This document shows, piece by piece, positions 27,748 to 36,865 of a DNA stretch of 64,000 nt (positions are counted from its first letter, which is position 1; every line of letters starts with the position of its first letter). The notes under the pieces are model-generated. The model ran no database searches, had not been told where the DNA came from, and saw only the letters and a list, made by a program, of their open reading frames with translations. The stretch comes from Smithellaceae bacterium (GTDB taxonomy: Bacteria; Desulfobacterota; Syntrophia; Syntrophales; Smithellaceae): the NCBI GenBank assembly GCA_963667845.2, contig CAXXVL010000001.1:608001-672000 (forward strand). Direction: 5' to 3'. The position numbers and the translations under genes are program-made.

Positions 27748-29013
27748 TTATTGCCTGTCGGCACTTGATAGTTCCGTGCGGTAAAAAGTTGCGGCGGCTT
27801 CCTGCTCCAGGGCTACCGATTTTCCGATGTCGGCCATGTTGTCGACGAGCAGTTTGGTGATGCGCGTGTCGCGCATTCCAAGATTGGCCTGCTCCCGGAG
27901 AATCTTCCTGATGGCCTCCTTTTTCATGCCTTTGCGATACGGCCGGTCTTCTGCAATGGCCGTGAACAAATCGGCCACGGCCATGATTCTTGCGCCCTGA
28001 TCGATGACGCCTTCCGGCAATTTGAAGGGATAACCTTTGCCGTCGAGCCGTTCGTGGTGGTAGGCGGCCCAGCCGGCGATGGTTTGGAATCCGGGAATCG
28101 TGTTGAGGATGGCGAAAGTGTGATAGGTATGCTGTTTCACCACGTTCATCTCGGCCGTGGTCAGCCCCGCCGGTTTTTCCAGAATGGCATTCGGAACGAC
28201 CAGCTTGCCCAGATCGTGGAGCAGGCCCGCCACTTCCATCAGGTCGATTTCGGCCCGGGTCATACCGGCGATTTCGGAGAGCAGGGCGACTGATCGGGAA
28301 ACGCCGGCGGAATGGGTTGCTGTAAAAGACGACTTGAAATCGATGACCATGCCCAGAAGCCCGGCGAAGGCTTTAATACCGGTCATGTCCAGTTCAATTT
28401 GCGGCAAGGCGTTTTTTCGGCCAAGCAGTGCATAAAGGCGGGGAGAAGACAGGTCCAGCCAGAATTCCTCGCGTCCGGCCAATTCGCCGAACAGGTCAAC
28501 GATGTCCGGATTAAGCTCTCTGCCGGCAAGCGCCCGCAGCCGATCGAGAAGCCTCTCCACCTGGTTCAGAATATAGACGCCGCGGTCAATGTGCCGCTCC
28601 AGATCGTCCGCCAGATGCAGAATTTGCGCGTCCACGGCAGCAGGAGCGTTGCGGGGCTCCTCCGATGCCGACCAGGCAAGGTGATGGTTTCTGACCAATC
28701 CCGCGCAGGACGCAAGCCAGGGGCTCCTCTGGAAGAGGCGCTCGCCCCGAATGCAATGCCGTTCAAAAGCATAGGTGTCGATGTCATGGACTGCTTTCTT
28801 TTCTTCTATCGAGAGCGCTCCGATGTCATGCAGCAGACCGGCAATAAAGATATTTTCACATCGTTCACGGCTGAGATTTCCCTGTTTTGCCAATTCCCAG
28901 GCAATGAAGGCAACCCGCTGCTGATGCGCGGCAAGCGAAGGGAAAGCCATATCCAGCGCATCTGAAAATGCTAAAACCAGATTCCCCAGATTCACCGATA
29001 CTGTCTCCAGCAT
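27748..29013 (-). CDS. HD-GYP domain phosphohydrolase (tandem HD)
   Basis: LHDIG and LHDLGK, HHERLDGKGYP, EDRPYR. Confidence 0.9.
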   Translation of the reverse strand: MLETVSVNLGNLVLAFSDALDMAFPSLAAHQQRVAFIAWELAKQGNLSRERCENIFIAGLLHDIGALSIEEKKAVHDIDTYAFERHCIRGERLFQRSPWLASCAGLVRNHHLAWSASEEPRNAPAAVDAQILHLADDLERHIDRGVYILNQVERLLDRLRALAGRELNPDIVDLFGELAGREEFWLDLSSPRLYALLGRKNALPQIELDMTGIKAFAGLLGMVIDFKSSFTATHSAGVSRSVALLSEIAGMTRAEIDLMEVAGLLHDLGKLVVPNAILEKPAGLTTAEMNVVKQHTYHTFAILNTIPGFQTIAGWAAYHHERLDGKGYPFKLPEGVIDQGARIMAVADLFTAIAEDRPYRKGMKKEAIRKILREQANLGMRDTRITKLLVDNMADIGKSVALEQEAAATFYRTELSSADRQ

Positions 29014-29099
29014 GTTCCTCCGCCCGGTAAGGCAATCAGTTCATCCCGGGTTTACTACCAACCGTGAAAATATCCGGGAACGTCCGCGTCCCCGGTCTC

Positions 29100-29197
29100 A
29101 ATCCCGCTTAAGCGGAACGGGCGTTAATTCTCCGCAGCTTGCTGCGATACAATGACGTTCATTTCATACCTCGACAGATTACTGCGAGGTGTTTGAT
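29100..29197 (+). repeat. Family B repeat copy 4 (long form)
   Basis: AATCCCGCTTAAGCGG…GTTAATTCTCCGCAGCTTGCTGCGATACAATGACGTTCATTTCATACCTCGACAG…GCGAGGTGTTTGAT. Confidence 0.9.
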
Positions 29198-29200
29198 TGT

Positions 29201-29479
29201 CTATTGCTTCACTTTAACCACTTCAAAAAGGATCTCGGGCGCACCGATGACCCCCGCCCGCTCAGACGTCGTCTTGAGGAATTTCGATTCGAAAAACGTG
29301 CGGGCCGTCGCCACGTCGTTCCATTGAAATAAAACTGCGACGTTATTGGGCTTCTTTTCATCGCGGAAGATGCTGGCTCCCTTCGATCCCGACTCCTTCC
29401 TGATTTTTTCCTGCTCATCAAACACTTCTTTCCATTGGGCGTAGTCCTTGACTTTATGATGAACGATAATGTGAACCAT
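29201..29479 (-). CDS. Small dimeric alpha-beta barrel ('cyclase'/ABM-like) protein
   Basis: H.VKDY..WK.VFD…R…G…R….PN.V…F.W…A..F…AGV.G.P pattern; SD present. Confidence 0.7.
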   Translation of the reverse strand: MVHIIVHHKVKDYAQWKEVFDEQEKIRKESGSKGASIFRDEKKPNNVAVLFQWNDVATARTFFESKFLKTTSERAGVIGAPEILFEVVKVKQ

Positions 29480-29842
29480 GATCCTTTCTCCTTTCATCTG
29501 TTTTGGGTTTCGTAAACAAATAACGGCCTCGAAAATATAAGCGGCCGGTTTTCACATCGCTTTGAGCCGGAGCGTCGAACTCAAAGATAAAGAACAGCGG
29601 AAAAAAGGTCCCGCCTGCTTATCCGATACCGATGCCAGTTCTCCATATCTTCATAAATAATTAATAAAATTACATTTTTTCCGTCACATGCGCCTTGTTG
29701 CTTAATATAGGTCTCTTTTTTTCAAAGGCAATACGATCCGGTCGACCGGTTACGGCAGACCCTCTGATTTTTCGCAAACTGTTGTTTCTTTGAGACAATT
29801 AATCTGTGTTGCGATGCCCGTTCATTTACAGATAACTATTGC

Positions 29843-29872
29843 TTGACAACTAGACGACCGGTCTATTATGAA
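29843..29872 (+). promoter_or_regulatory. Sigma-70 promoter overlapped by a TetR(NemR)-like operator TAGAC-N5-GTCTA (29851-29865)
   Basis: TTGACA at 29843, palindrome TAGACGACCGGTCTA, AT-rich -10 region. A TetR gene lies in the downstream operon. Confidence 0.65.
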
Positions 29873-29885
29873 AGAAAACAATATG

Positions 29886-29984
29886 AATCCCGATCACTTG
29901 GGGGCGAGCGTTAATTCCCTGTCGCTTGCTGCGAAATAATAACGTTCATTTCATACCTCGACAGCTTGCTGCGAGGTGGTTGAT
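29886..29984 (+). repeat. Family B repeat copy 5 (long form), in the 5' leader of the Fe-S operon
   Basis: Near-consensus copy between the promoter and the SD of 30004. Confidence 0.9.
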
Positions 29985-30003
29985 TAATTCAAGGAGGCCG
30001 CCG

Positions 30004-31089
30004 ATGAATAATATCTACGAACAACTCAGGGAAATCCTGGATTCTCACCCGTCCACAGCGCCTAAGGGAGAGGCTGTCGGGGAAATTCTGCGCATTCTTT
30101 TTACGCCCGAAGAGGCGGCGGCTGCCGTCAAGATGAGCTTCAAACCGAAAAGTCCGGTCGTCCTTGGCCAGGCGGCAGGTGTGCCCGAAAATGAGATGAT
30201 GGCGCATTTGGAGTCCATGGCCGATAAAGGCATTATTTTTTCCAAGAATAGAGACGGCAAAAAACTCTACGGGCTCGTGCCGCTTATCCCCGGCGTCTTT
30301 GAGTTTCCCTTCATGAAGGGAGGCGGCTCCCCGATGCACGACCGTCTGGCGAGGCTTTGGGAATCCTATCACCATGAAAGCCTGGGTTCGTCTTTTGCCG
30401 GCAACCCGACGCCGATGATGAGGGTTGTCGCTGTGGAAAAATCAGTTACGCCGCAAGATCGCATCCATCCCTATGAAGAAGTCAAACACTTGATTGAAAA
30501 TTCCAATTACATCGCGCTGACGAACTGCGCGTGCCGCGTGAGCGTCGCCAAATGTGATAAACCGAAAGAAGTCTGCCTCATCTTTGAGGGTGTGGGCGAA
30601 TTCCTTGTGGAGCGCGGATTTGCGCGCGAGATCAGCAAAGAAGAAGGGATCAAAGTCCTGGATCAGGCGGAAGCAGCGGGTCTGGTTCATACCAGCAACA
30701 ACAGCGCGGATAAGGCCAGTGTCATCTGCAACTGCTGCCGGTGCTGCTGCACGGTTTTGCGGGGGCGGACGCAGTTGAATCATCCGCACGCCTTTGAACC
30801 CAGCCGCTTTGCGGCCTTTGTGAAAAGCGATGATTGCCTCGCGTGCGGGGTCTGCGCGGACGAACGCTGTCCGATGCAGGCGATTGAGGTCGGGGAAGAT
30901 GCTGCCCTGGTTCATGAAGAGAAGTGCATCGGCTGTGGATTGTGTGTTTCCACGTGTCCGTCAGGCGTCATGGGCCTGATCGAGCGCAAGCAGATTCCGT
31001 CTGTTCCGGCGACAACCCAGGACATGGCGCTTAAAGTCCTGGAAGAGAAGGGCAGGCTGGATGCTTTCATGAAGGTCATGATGAGTTAG
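30004..31089 (+). CDS. Uncharacterised Cys-rich protein with C-terminal 2x[4Fe-4S] ferredoxin domain
   Basis: AGGAGG SD; CACR…C…C, GLVH..N…CNCCRCCC, and two CxxCxxC..CP motifs. Confidence 0.85.
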   Translation: MNNIYEQLREILDSHPSTAPKGEAVGEILRILFTPEEAAAAVKMSFKPKSPVVLGQAAGVPENEMMAHLESMADKGIIFSKNRDGKKLYGLVPLIPGVFEFPFMKGGGSPMHDRLARLWESYHHESLGSSFAGNPTPMMRVVAVEKSVTPQDRIHPYEEVKHLIENSNYIALTNCACRVSVAKCDKPKEVCLIFEGVGEFLVERGFAREISKEEGIKVLDQAEAAGLVHTSNNSADKASVICNCCRCCCTVLRGRTQLNHPHAFEPSRFAAFVKSDDCLACGVCADERCPMQAIEVGEDAALVHEEKCIGCGLCVSTCPSGVMGLIERKQIPSVPATTQDMALKVLEEKGRLDAFMKVMMS

Positions 31090-31099
31090 GAAAAAGCGA

Positions 31100-31708
31100 A
31101 TGAACACGACGACGAGAACAAGCACCCGTGACGAGATCATCCGCAAGGGAGCCCAGCTGATCCATGCCCGGGGCTATAAGGCTACGGGCATTCAGCAGAT
31201 TCTGGATGCCGCGGGGATTCCCAAAGGGTCGTTTTATTTTTATTTCAAAAGCAAGGATGATTTCGGCTCGGCGGTGATTGATTACTTTGCCTTGACCATC
31301 GGTGAATTGTTCACCGGTCATTTGCGTGATGACCGGAAAACGCCGCTGGATCGTCTGAGTAAGCTTTTGGACTACTATGAGTCGGCATTCCGGAAGAGCG
31401 GTGCGACGCTCGGTTGTCCGATCGGCAATTTGTCGCTGGAGCTGGCCGATGCCAATGAGGCTCTGCGCAAACGCCTGCAGGCCGCCGTGGAAGGATTTGT
31501 CACCCAGATTGAATCGTGCCTTTCGGAAGCCAAATCCTGCCGCCAGCTGCCCTCGGAATTTAATACGGCGGACTCGGCTCGCCTTATTTTTCATGGACTG
31601 GAAGGCGCAATTCTGCATATGAAGGTTTCCAGGAGCATTGAGCCGCTCAGGGCGTTTCGCCGTTACTTGAACATCTACCTGGCAGGGGGTTGTAAAGAAG
31701 ATGCATGA
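31100..31708 (+). CDS. TetR-family regulator (NemR/AcuR-like)
   Basis: HTH GY.ATG..IL..AGIPKGSFYFYFKSK; GCPIGNL.LEL. Confidence 0.9.
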   Translation: MNTTTRTSTRDEIIRKGAQLIHARGYKATGIQQILDAAGIPKGSFYFYFKSKDDFGSAVIDYFALTIGELFTGHLRDDRKTPLDRLSKLLDYYESAFRKSGATLGCPIGNLSLELADANEALRKRLQAAVEGFVTQIESCLSEAKSCRQLPSEFNTADSARLIFHGLEGAILHMKVSRSIEPLRAFRRYLNIYLAGGCKEDA

Positions 31709-32051
31709 ATTGCCGATTACGGAGAGTATTTTGAAAATTGTGCTCGCTCACGCGGAAAAAAACGATGTCCGGCGGGTGATGGTTATTCATCTGCGCATCG
31801 GGAAGCTGAGCGACCTGGAAGATGAATGGATGCAAAGATATTTTGATTACGTGAGCCGCGATACAATAGCCGCGGGCGCAAAGCTTAAGATCGAACGGTC
31901 GCCGGTGATGCTGCAATGCAATGCCTGCGCCGAATCCTACCCGGTGGAGGTCGCCGACATGAAAGACACCGTCTGCCCCGCCTGCGGCGGAAAAGATGCT
32001 CAGCTGATTTCCGGACGGGAATACTATATCAAAAACATGGAGGTACAATAG
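31701..32051 (+). CDS. hypA: Nickel metallochaperone HypA
   Basis: N-terminal MHE, two CxxC motifs, SG.E. Confidence 0.92.
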   Translation: MHELPITESILKIVLAHAEKNDVRRVMVIHLRIGKLSDLEDEWMQRYFDYVSRDTIAAGAKLKIERSPVMLQCNACAESYPVEVADMKDTVCPACGGKDAQLISGREYYIKNMEVQ

Positions 32052-32716
32052 TGGACGATGTAAGGCTCATAGAAGTCAAGGAAGAAATTCTCGCCGACAA
32101 CAATCAGGTGGCTGCAGGCGTTCGCAAGCGGCTGGCCGGGACAAAGACCCTGCTCCTGAATCTGATGTCCTCTCCGGGCTCGGGAAAAACGAGTCTGATC
32201 GTGAAGACGATCGAGGGCCTGAAAGGCTCCGTAAGACTCGGTGTTGTCGAGGCCGATATCGATTCCAAAGTGGATGCGGAAAAAGTGGCAGCTATGGGGA
32301 TACCGGCCGTTCAGCTCCGGACGGGAGGCTTCTGTCATCTCGACGCCACGATGGTCACACAGGGTATCGATGCCCTGCCCGCCGGGGATTTGGATTTGAT
32401 TATTATTGAAAACGTCGGCAATCTGGTCTGCCCCGCCGAATTCGATACGGGCGCTCACAAAAACGTGATGATCCTGAGCGTTCCCGAAGGCGACGACAAG
32501 CCGCTCAAGTACCCGCTCATGTTTTCGATCTGCGATGTTCTGCTGGTGAATAAGATCGATTACCTGTCGCTTAGCGACTTTGATCTCGCGAAGCTTCGCC
32601 AAAGGGTCCTGGCCTTGAATCCCGACATTAAAATTATCGAAGTGTCCTGTAAAACCGGTGCGGGCATCGGGGAGTGGGTCGACTGGCTCAAGAAAGAAGT
32701 GACCGCTTTTAAATAA
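32051..32716 (+). CDS. hypB: Nickel-insertion GTPase HypB
   Basis: GTG start; SSPGSGKT, GGFCHLDA, ENVGNLVCPAEFD, EGDDKPLKYP, NKID. Confidence 0.95.
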   Translation: MDDVRLIEVKEEILADNNQVAAGVRKRLAGTKTLLLNLMSSPGSGKTSLIVKTIEGLKGSVRLGVVEADIDSKVDAEKVAAMGIPAVQLRTGGFCHLDATMVTQGIDALPAGDLDLIIIENVGNLVCPAEFDTGAHKNVMILSVPEGDDKPLKYPLMFSICDVLLVNKIDYLSLSDFDLAKLRQRVLALNPDIKIIEVSCKTGAGIGEWVDWLKKEVTAFK

Positions 32717-33065
32717 CTTCAATGCCTTCTATCCGGAACGCTGTGCCCGACAGAAGCGTATAGTTCGGCGTCAGGCAGCCAGGACAAAGAATTGCTTTAC
32801 CGGCCATGGCGTCGGGATCGATTTCAAAATCCCTGCCGCAGTCGCGGCAGCGGCAGACGATGGGATCGTGGATAACCAGGATTTCTGCGTCCTCGGCTAT
32901 CGTCCCGCGGCTTATGTAATTGAAGTAATGCTGAATCCACTCTTTCTGGATATCGCGAAGCGCTCCCAGTCTGAGCGCAATGGTTACCACCTTCCGGGAA
33001 TTCGTCTGCCCCGCGTACTTGAGCGCCGTTTCCAGGATGTTTTTTGTCAGGGAAAGCTCGTGCAT
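32709..33065 (-). CDS. hypA: Second HypA paralogue
   Basis: MHELS, CRDC and CPGC, LSG. Confidence 0.9.
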   Translation of the reverse strand: MHELSLTKNILETALKYAGQTNSRKVVTIALRLGALRDIQKEWIQHYFNYISRGTIAEDAEILVIHDPIVCRCRDCGRDFEIDPDAMAGKAILCPGCLTPNYTLLSGTAFRIEGIEVI

Positions 33066-33076
33066 GACGAAAGGCT

Positions 33077-34189
33077 CTAATTGCCGGCTTTGGCCGCGAG
33101 TCTCGCTTTGTCGATCTCGGCTTTTTCCAATCCCATGAGATCCTGATTATCAAAAAACTTTTCCACCTGGGGAAGGGTCAGCAGGTGGTCGGGTTTTCGC
33201 TCCAGGATCAGGGAATCGGTCGGGCAGGTGGTCACACACAGACCGCAGCCGACGCAGTATTCCCTGTTGAGGACAGTCTCGTCATCCGCATTGAGAGTCA
33301 TCGCCTTGACGGGACAGCGCTCGACACATTTTCCGCAGTTGACACAGCTTTCCTCATCTTTGGTGCATTTGTAGTTGCCCCAGGAATCATAACCCGTGCC
33401 GTGATGGATCTTGGCGGCCATCAGAAAACCACAGTGACACTTGGAGCAGTTGCAGAAACCGGAGCAGTCTTTGGCGTGGGCCATCTGTACAAACAGCCCG
33501 GCGCTCTCGTCCTGGTGCAGGATTGCGAGGGCCCGCTCGATGGTGATCACGCGCGGGTTGGCGATTTTTGTCTCCAGGAGATATTCCGCCATCGAACCGA
33601 AAGCGATACAGACGTTCATTTCATCCGTGCACTGGCAGTGCCTTTTGGCAAACGTGGCAACTTTTCGACAGGCGCAGTCACTCGCGACAATCAATTTCTG
33701 CTTTTTAATGATGGCTTCAATATCATCATCCGGCAGCAGCTTTCCGTCTTTGACCGTATCGGCTCGGACCGGAACAACTCTCGCGATCGGAATATGATAG
33801 TCCATCAGCACTTTTCCGTACACTTCCGCGTAATACTGCCCCATGTTGAGGGCATCTTTCTGGTCAATGCAGTCCACATTGAATTCCCAAATGCCATGGA
33901 TGAAGGGAACGATCCGGTATCGCTTCTCCAGACCCTCCCGCTCCCAATACAGAAGACCTCTCACGGCCATGGATTCCAGTTTTTTGGTTGCTTCTTCGAT
34001 GCTCATGTCCAAATCGCGGGCCACCTGTTGGGGCGTTTGCAGACCGCGTTTAAATCTGATAAAAATATCCGCGTCTTCCGGTGTGAATACTTTCTTCAGG
34101 AATACCAGTTCGGAACCTTTTTCCGTTTTGGGATAACCCTTGGTCATCGAATCCAGCTTCTGCCGCAGTCTTTCGTATATGTCTTCCAT
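33077..34189 (-). CDS. Second Cys-rich 2x[4Fe-4S] protein, paralogue of 30004..31089
   Basis: IYE.LR..LD, FTPE.A, P.I.G..EF, CACR, FCNCSKCHC, two ferredoxin motifs. Confidence 0.85.
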   Translation of the reverse strand: MEDIYERLRQKLDSMTKGYPKTEKGSELVFLKKVFTPEDADIFIRFKRGLQTPQQVARDLDMSIEEATKKLESMAVRGLLYWEREGLEKRYRIVPFIHGIWEFNVDCIDQKDALNMGQYYAEVYGKVLMDYHIPIARVVPVRADTVKDGKLLPDDDIEAIIKKQKLIVASDCACRKVATFAKRHCQCTDEMNVCIAFGSMAEYLLETKIANPRVITIERALAILHQDESAGLFVQMAHAKDCSGFCNCSKCHCGFLMAAKIHHGTGYDSWGNYKCTKDEESCVNCGKCVERCPVKAMTLNADDETVLNREYCVGCGLCVTTCPTDSLILERKPDHLLTLPQVEKFFDNQDLMGLEKAEIDKARLAAKAGN

Positions 34190-34407
34190 CTTTCTTTCTC
34201 CTGTCTCAACTTCAGCGTAAATGCATCACGTATAATATTTGTCTTCTGACGGTGTCGTGCTCCTTAACATGCCCCTTGCGCGACGGCCACCATTAATTTT
34301 TCATCTTTTTAAACGGTGTATTTGCGATGGCTGATCCGAATAAACACGGCGGCACCCAAAATGTGATTCAGGCGGCCGCCGCTCCGGCGGATTTTTGAAG
34401 ATTTCTT

Positions 34408-34505
34408 AATGCCGCTGACGCGGGGCGAGCGTTAATTCCCTATCGCTTGCTGCAATATAATGACGCTCATTTCATGCCTCGACAGCCTGCTGCGAGGTGG
34501 TTGTT
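34408..34505 (+). repeat. Family B repeat copy 6 (long form)
   Basis: …GAGCGTTAATTCCCTATCGCTTGCTGCAATATAATGACGCTCATTTCATGCCTCGACAGCCTGCTGCGAGGTGGTTG. Confidence 0.9.
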
Positions 34506-34922
34506 TTACTGGCCGGACTGCGACCAGCACACGCTCCATTCTGAAGCTGAAGCGCCCTCTGATTTGCAGGAGGCAACACAGTTTGCATCCTCCTCACTGC
34601 AAAGTCTGCCGTTGGCCGTATAATTAAAGCACGCTAATTTTTTGTCGGTGCAGCAACCAATGCATTTATTGATGCGTCCGACACGTTCTTCTTCCGATTT
34701 TACACCGGCCTGATCTTTCGGAGTATTTACCTTTTCTTTCTCCCGCTCGACTTTAGCCGCGGATTCTTCAAATCTATCCTTTAACTCACATTTCATCCCC
34801 TGTTGCGGTGTGTCGGTGATCACCCTGTTGCCGTCGCGATCCAGGCAACTGTAAAGTTCTCCTGCATGAGCAGTGGTCATGACGGCGATAAAGACACCCA
34901 GAATTAAAAGTATTTGTTTCAT
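34506..34922 (-). CDS. Secreted DUF4124-like protein with Cys-rich C-terminus
   Basis: Signal peptide, then LY.C.D.DG…ITD.P. Confidence 0.65.
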   Translation of the reverse strand: MKQILLILGVFIAVMTTAHAGELYSCLDRDGNRVITDTPQQGMKCELKDRFEESAAKVEREKEKVNTPKDQAGVKSEEERVGRINKCIGCCTDKKLACFNYTANGRLCSEEDANCVASCKSEGASASEWSVCWSQSGQ

Positions 34923-35121
34923 TTTGTTTCCTCTATAATTGATTTCGTTATGAAACGTTTAAGAATCCTCTCCCATATCGATAAGAATAGTCGCTTTATC
35001 TTTAATACAATATGTTAGCATTTTTCTCAAGAAGTGAACCATACAGCAGGAGCGTTCGGAAAGGCCGGGCAGCGGTCTGATCGCAGACTTCCCATTCGCT
35101 TTTCCAGGGAGGCGCAATGAG

Positions 35122-35679
35122 CTATTTTTTGCTGAACATCTTTTTGAGCGCCGCCACAAAGGGGCCGTCTTCTCGCCAGGCGTGGCACGTGTTGACCAGA
35201 TATTTCATGACAAACCTGGCCTGATCGGGATCAAAGCCTGTCTTCTTCTGTGATCGGTGCGCCGCATATCCCTGGATGGCGGCCGGGGCCATGGCCAACA
35301 CGAGCTCCAGGAGATGGGTGCATCCTTTATTGCCTCCGGCTAATTTTTTGACTTTGGATGTAAAACCTCTGGTGATGGTGAGGCCTTTGATCCTGGCGAG
35401 GCAGTCGGTTGTTTCGCGGCACGCGTCGCGCGGCACGGATGTCAACCGGGCCTCAATGTCCTCGATGACAAGCGTGGAACAATGAACAAGCAGGCGGATG
35501 CCCATATGATGGATGACACCGCTCGGAAGCGTTTCGCCGGTTATCGTATGTGTGTCCTGAAAGCGATCATCTTTGAGCAACCCCTCTACGATGATTCTGT
35601 CGCCGCCATATTCAAAGGTCGATACTTCAATGTGTCTCGAATGTATTTTTTTGTCTTTCGCGGACCAGTTGGTTTGCAC
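35122..35679 (-). CDS. DUF2889-domain protein
   Basis: H.R.I….G.L.D.R, IHHM, C, G.KGCTHL.EL, NTCHAW. Confidence 0.75.
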   Translation of the reverse strand: MQTNWSAKDKKIHSRHIEVSTFEYGGDRIIVEGLLKDDRFQDTHTITGETLPSGVIHHMGIRLLVHCSTLVIEDIEARLTSVPRDACRETTDCLARIKGLTITRGFTSKVKKLAGGNKGCTHLLELVLAMAPAAIQGYAAHRSQKKTGFDPDQARFVMKYLVNTCHAWREDGPFVAALKKMFSKK

Positions 35680-36013
35680 GATATTCTCCTTTTATCAGGA
35701 CATCCGGTTATAAGTGCGAAAGCCTGCTTGGTGCCGGCTCAAATCATTTTGGTCATGATCTTCGGCACCGGCATTTTTTCAAAGGGAATATTTCTGCACG
35801 CATAGCCTTCGTCGAATAAACGGGTGAACCGCGCATCAAGTACCAGAGATAAAAGAAGACATAAAGCATTTCTTTTATCCATGCAGTGCGGATGGCTTCG
35901 CGGTTGACAGGCCGGAAGGAAGGATCGGCTTGTTCCTGCGGAAGCCGGTCTGATACCGAAAGATCAGCAGCGCCGAACTTTGCTGAAGTGATGAATTTCG
36001 CAAATATTGATTT

Positions 36014-36820
36014 TTATTTCTCCCGGATAACACCATTGGTCAGGGTTCCGATCTTTTCGATCTCGACGCTGACCACATCGCCTTCCTTCAGAAAAAGCGG
36101 CGGCCGGCGTGTGAAGCCGACGCCTTCCGGCGTGCCGGTCAGGATGACCGTACCGGGAAGAAGCGTCATGGACCGGCTCAGATTGCTGATCGTTGTCTTC
36201 ACATCGAAAATCATTTCCGCAGTTCGCGCGTCCTGAACGACCCGGCCATTGACGAGGCAGCGGATGCCCAGATCGTTGGGATCGGCGATTTCATCTTTGG
36301 TGATGATCCAGGGGCCGAGCGGGCAGAAAGTATCAAAACTTTTTCCCCTGGCCCACTGTCCTTTCTGCCTGTCAAACTGCCAATCACGGGCGCTCACGTC
36401 ATTGGCGCAGGTGTATCCGAAAACATGCTCGAGCGCCCGGTCCGGCGTGACGTTCTTGGCCTGTTTCCCGATGACAACGGCCAGCTCCGCTTCGTAATCC
36501 ACGCTGTCGGGACCCGCAGCGGGCAGGAAGATCGGGTTTTGATGGCCTGTCAGGCTTGAGGTTGCTTTGATGAACAAGACCGGTTGCGAAGGCACAGACA
36601 GGGCCGTTTCATCTCCATGTTTTTTGTAATTGATGCCCAATGCCAGAATGTTTACCGGGACCAGCGGCGGCAGGAGGGATTTGATTTTTGCGCTCCGGGA
36701 CAGAACCTTGAACATTTCAAAAAGATTGCCCTCGATGATTTTTGCCGCACCCGGTCTATCCGGGTCAGGCACGCCCCAGAGGACGCTTCCTCCGGCGGAA
36801 AGAAAACGTATAATCTTCAT
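36014..36820 (-). CDS. Fumarylacetoacetate hydrolase family protein
   Basis: G.NY..H, DYEAELAVVIG, NDVSARDWQ, GKSFDTFCP, TGTP.GVG. Confidence 0.92.
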   Translation of the reverse strand: MKIIRFLSAGGSVLWGVPDPDRPGAAKIIEGNLFEMFKVLSRSAKIKSLLPPLVPVNILALGINYKKHGDETALSVPSQPVLFIKATSSLTGHQNPIFLPAAGPDSVDYEAELAVVIGKQAKNVTPDRALEHVFGYTCANDVSARDWQFDRQKGQWARGKSFDTFCPLGPWIITKDEIADPNDLGIRCLVNGRVVQDARTAEMIFDVKTTISNLSRSMTLLPGTVILTGTPEGVGFTRRPPLFLKEGDVVSVEIEKIGTLTNGVIREK

Positions 36821-36865
36821 TATCCTCTCCCTCTTTGCGGCCTGCGCCCAAAGACGCGCCGCTGC

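Noticed and set aside
29926..30003. N-terminal extension MLRNNNVHFIPRQLAARWL of the Fe-S ORF, plus ORF 29139..29327 and the recQ extension from 18146
   Set aside because: These are translations of family B repeat DNA. The real starts are 30004 (with SD) and 18212.
31916..32050. ORF-track N-terminal extension of hypB
   Set aside because: It overlaps hypA in another frame. GTG at 32051 with an upstream GGAGG is the plausible start.
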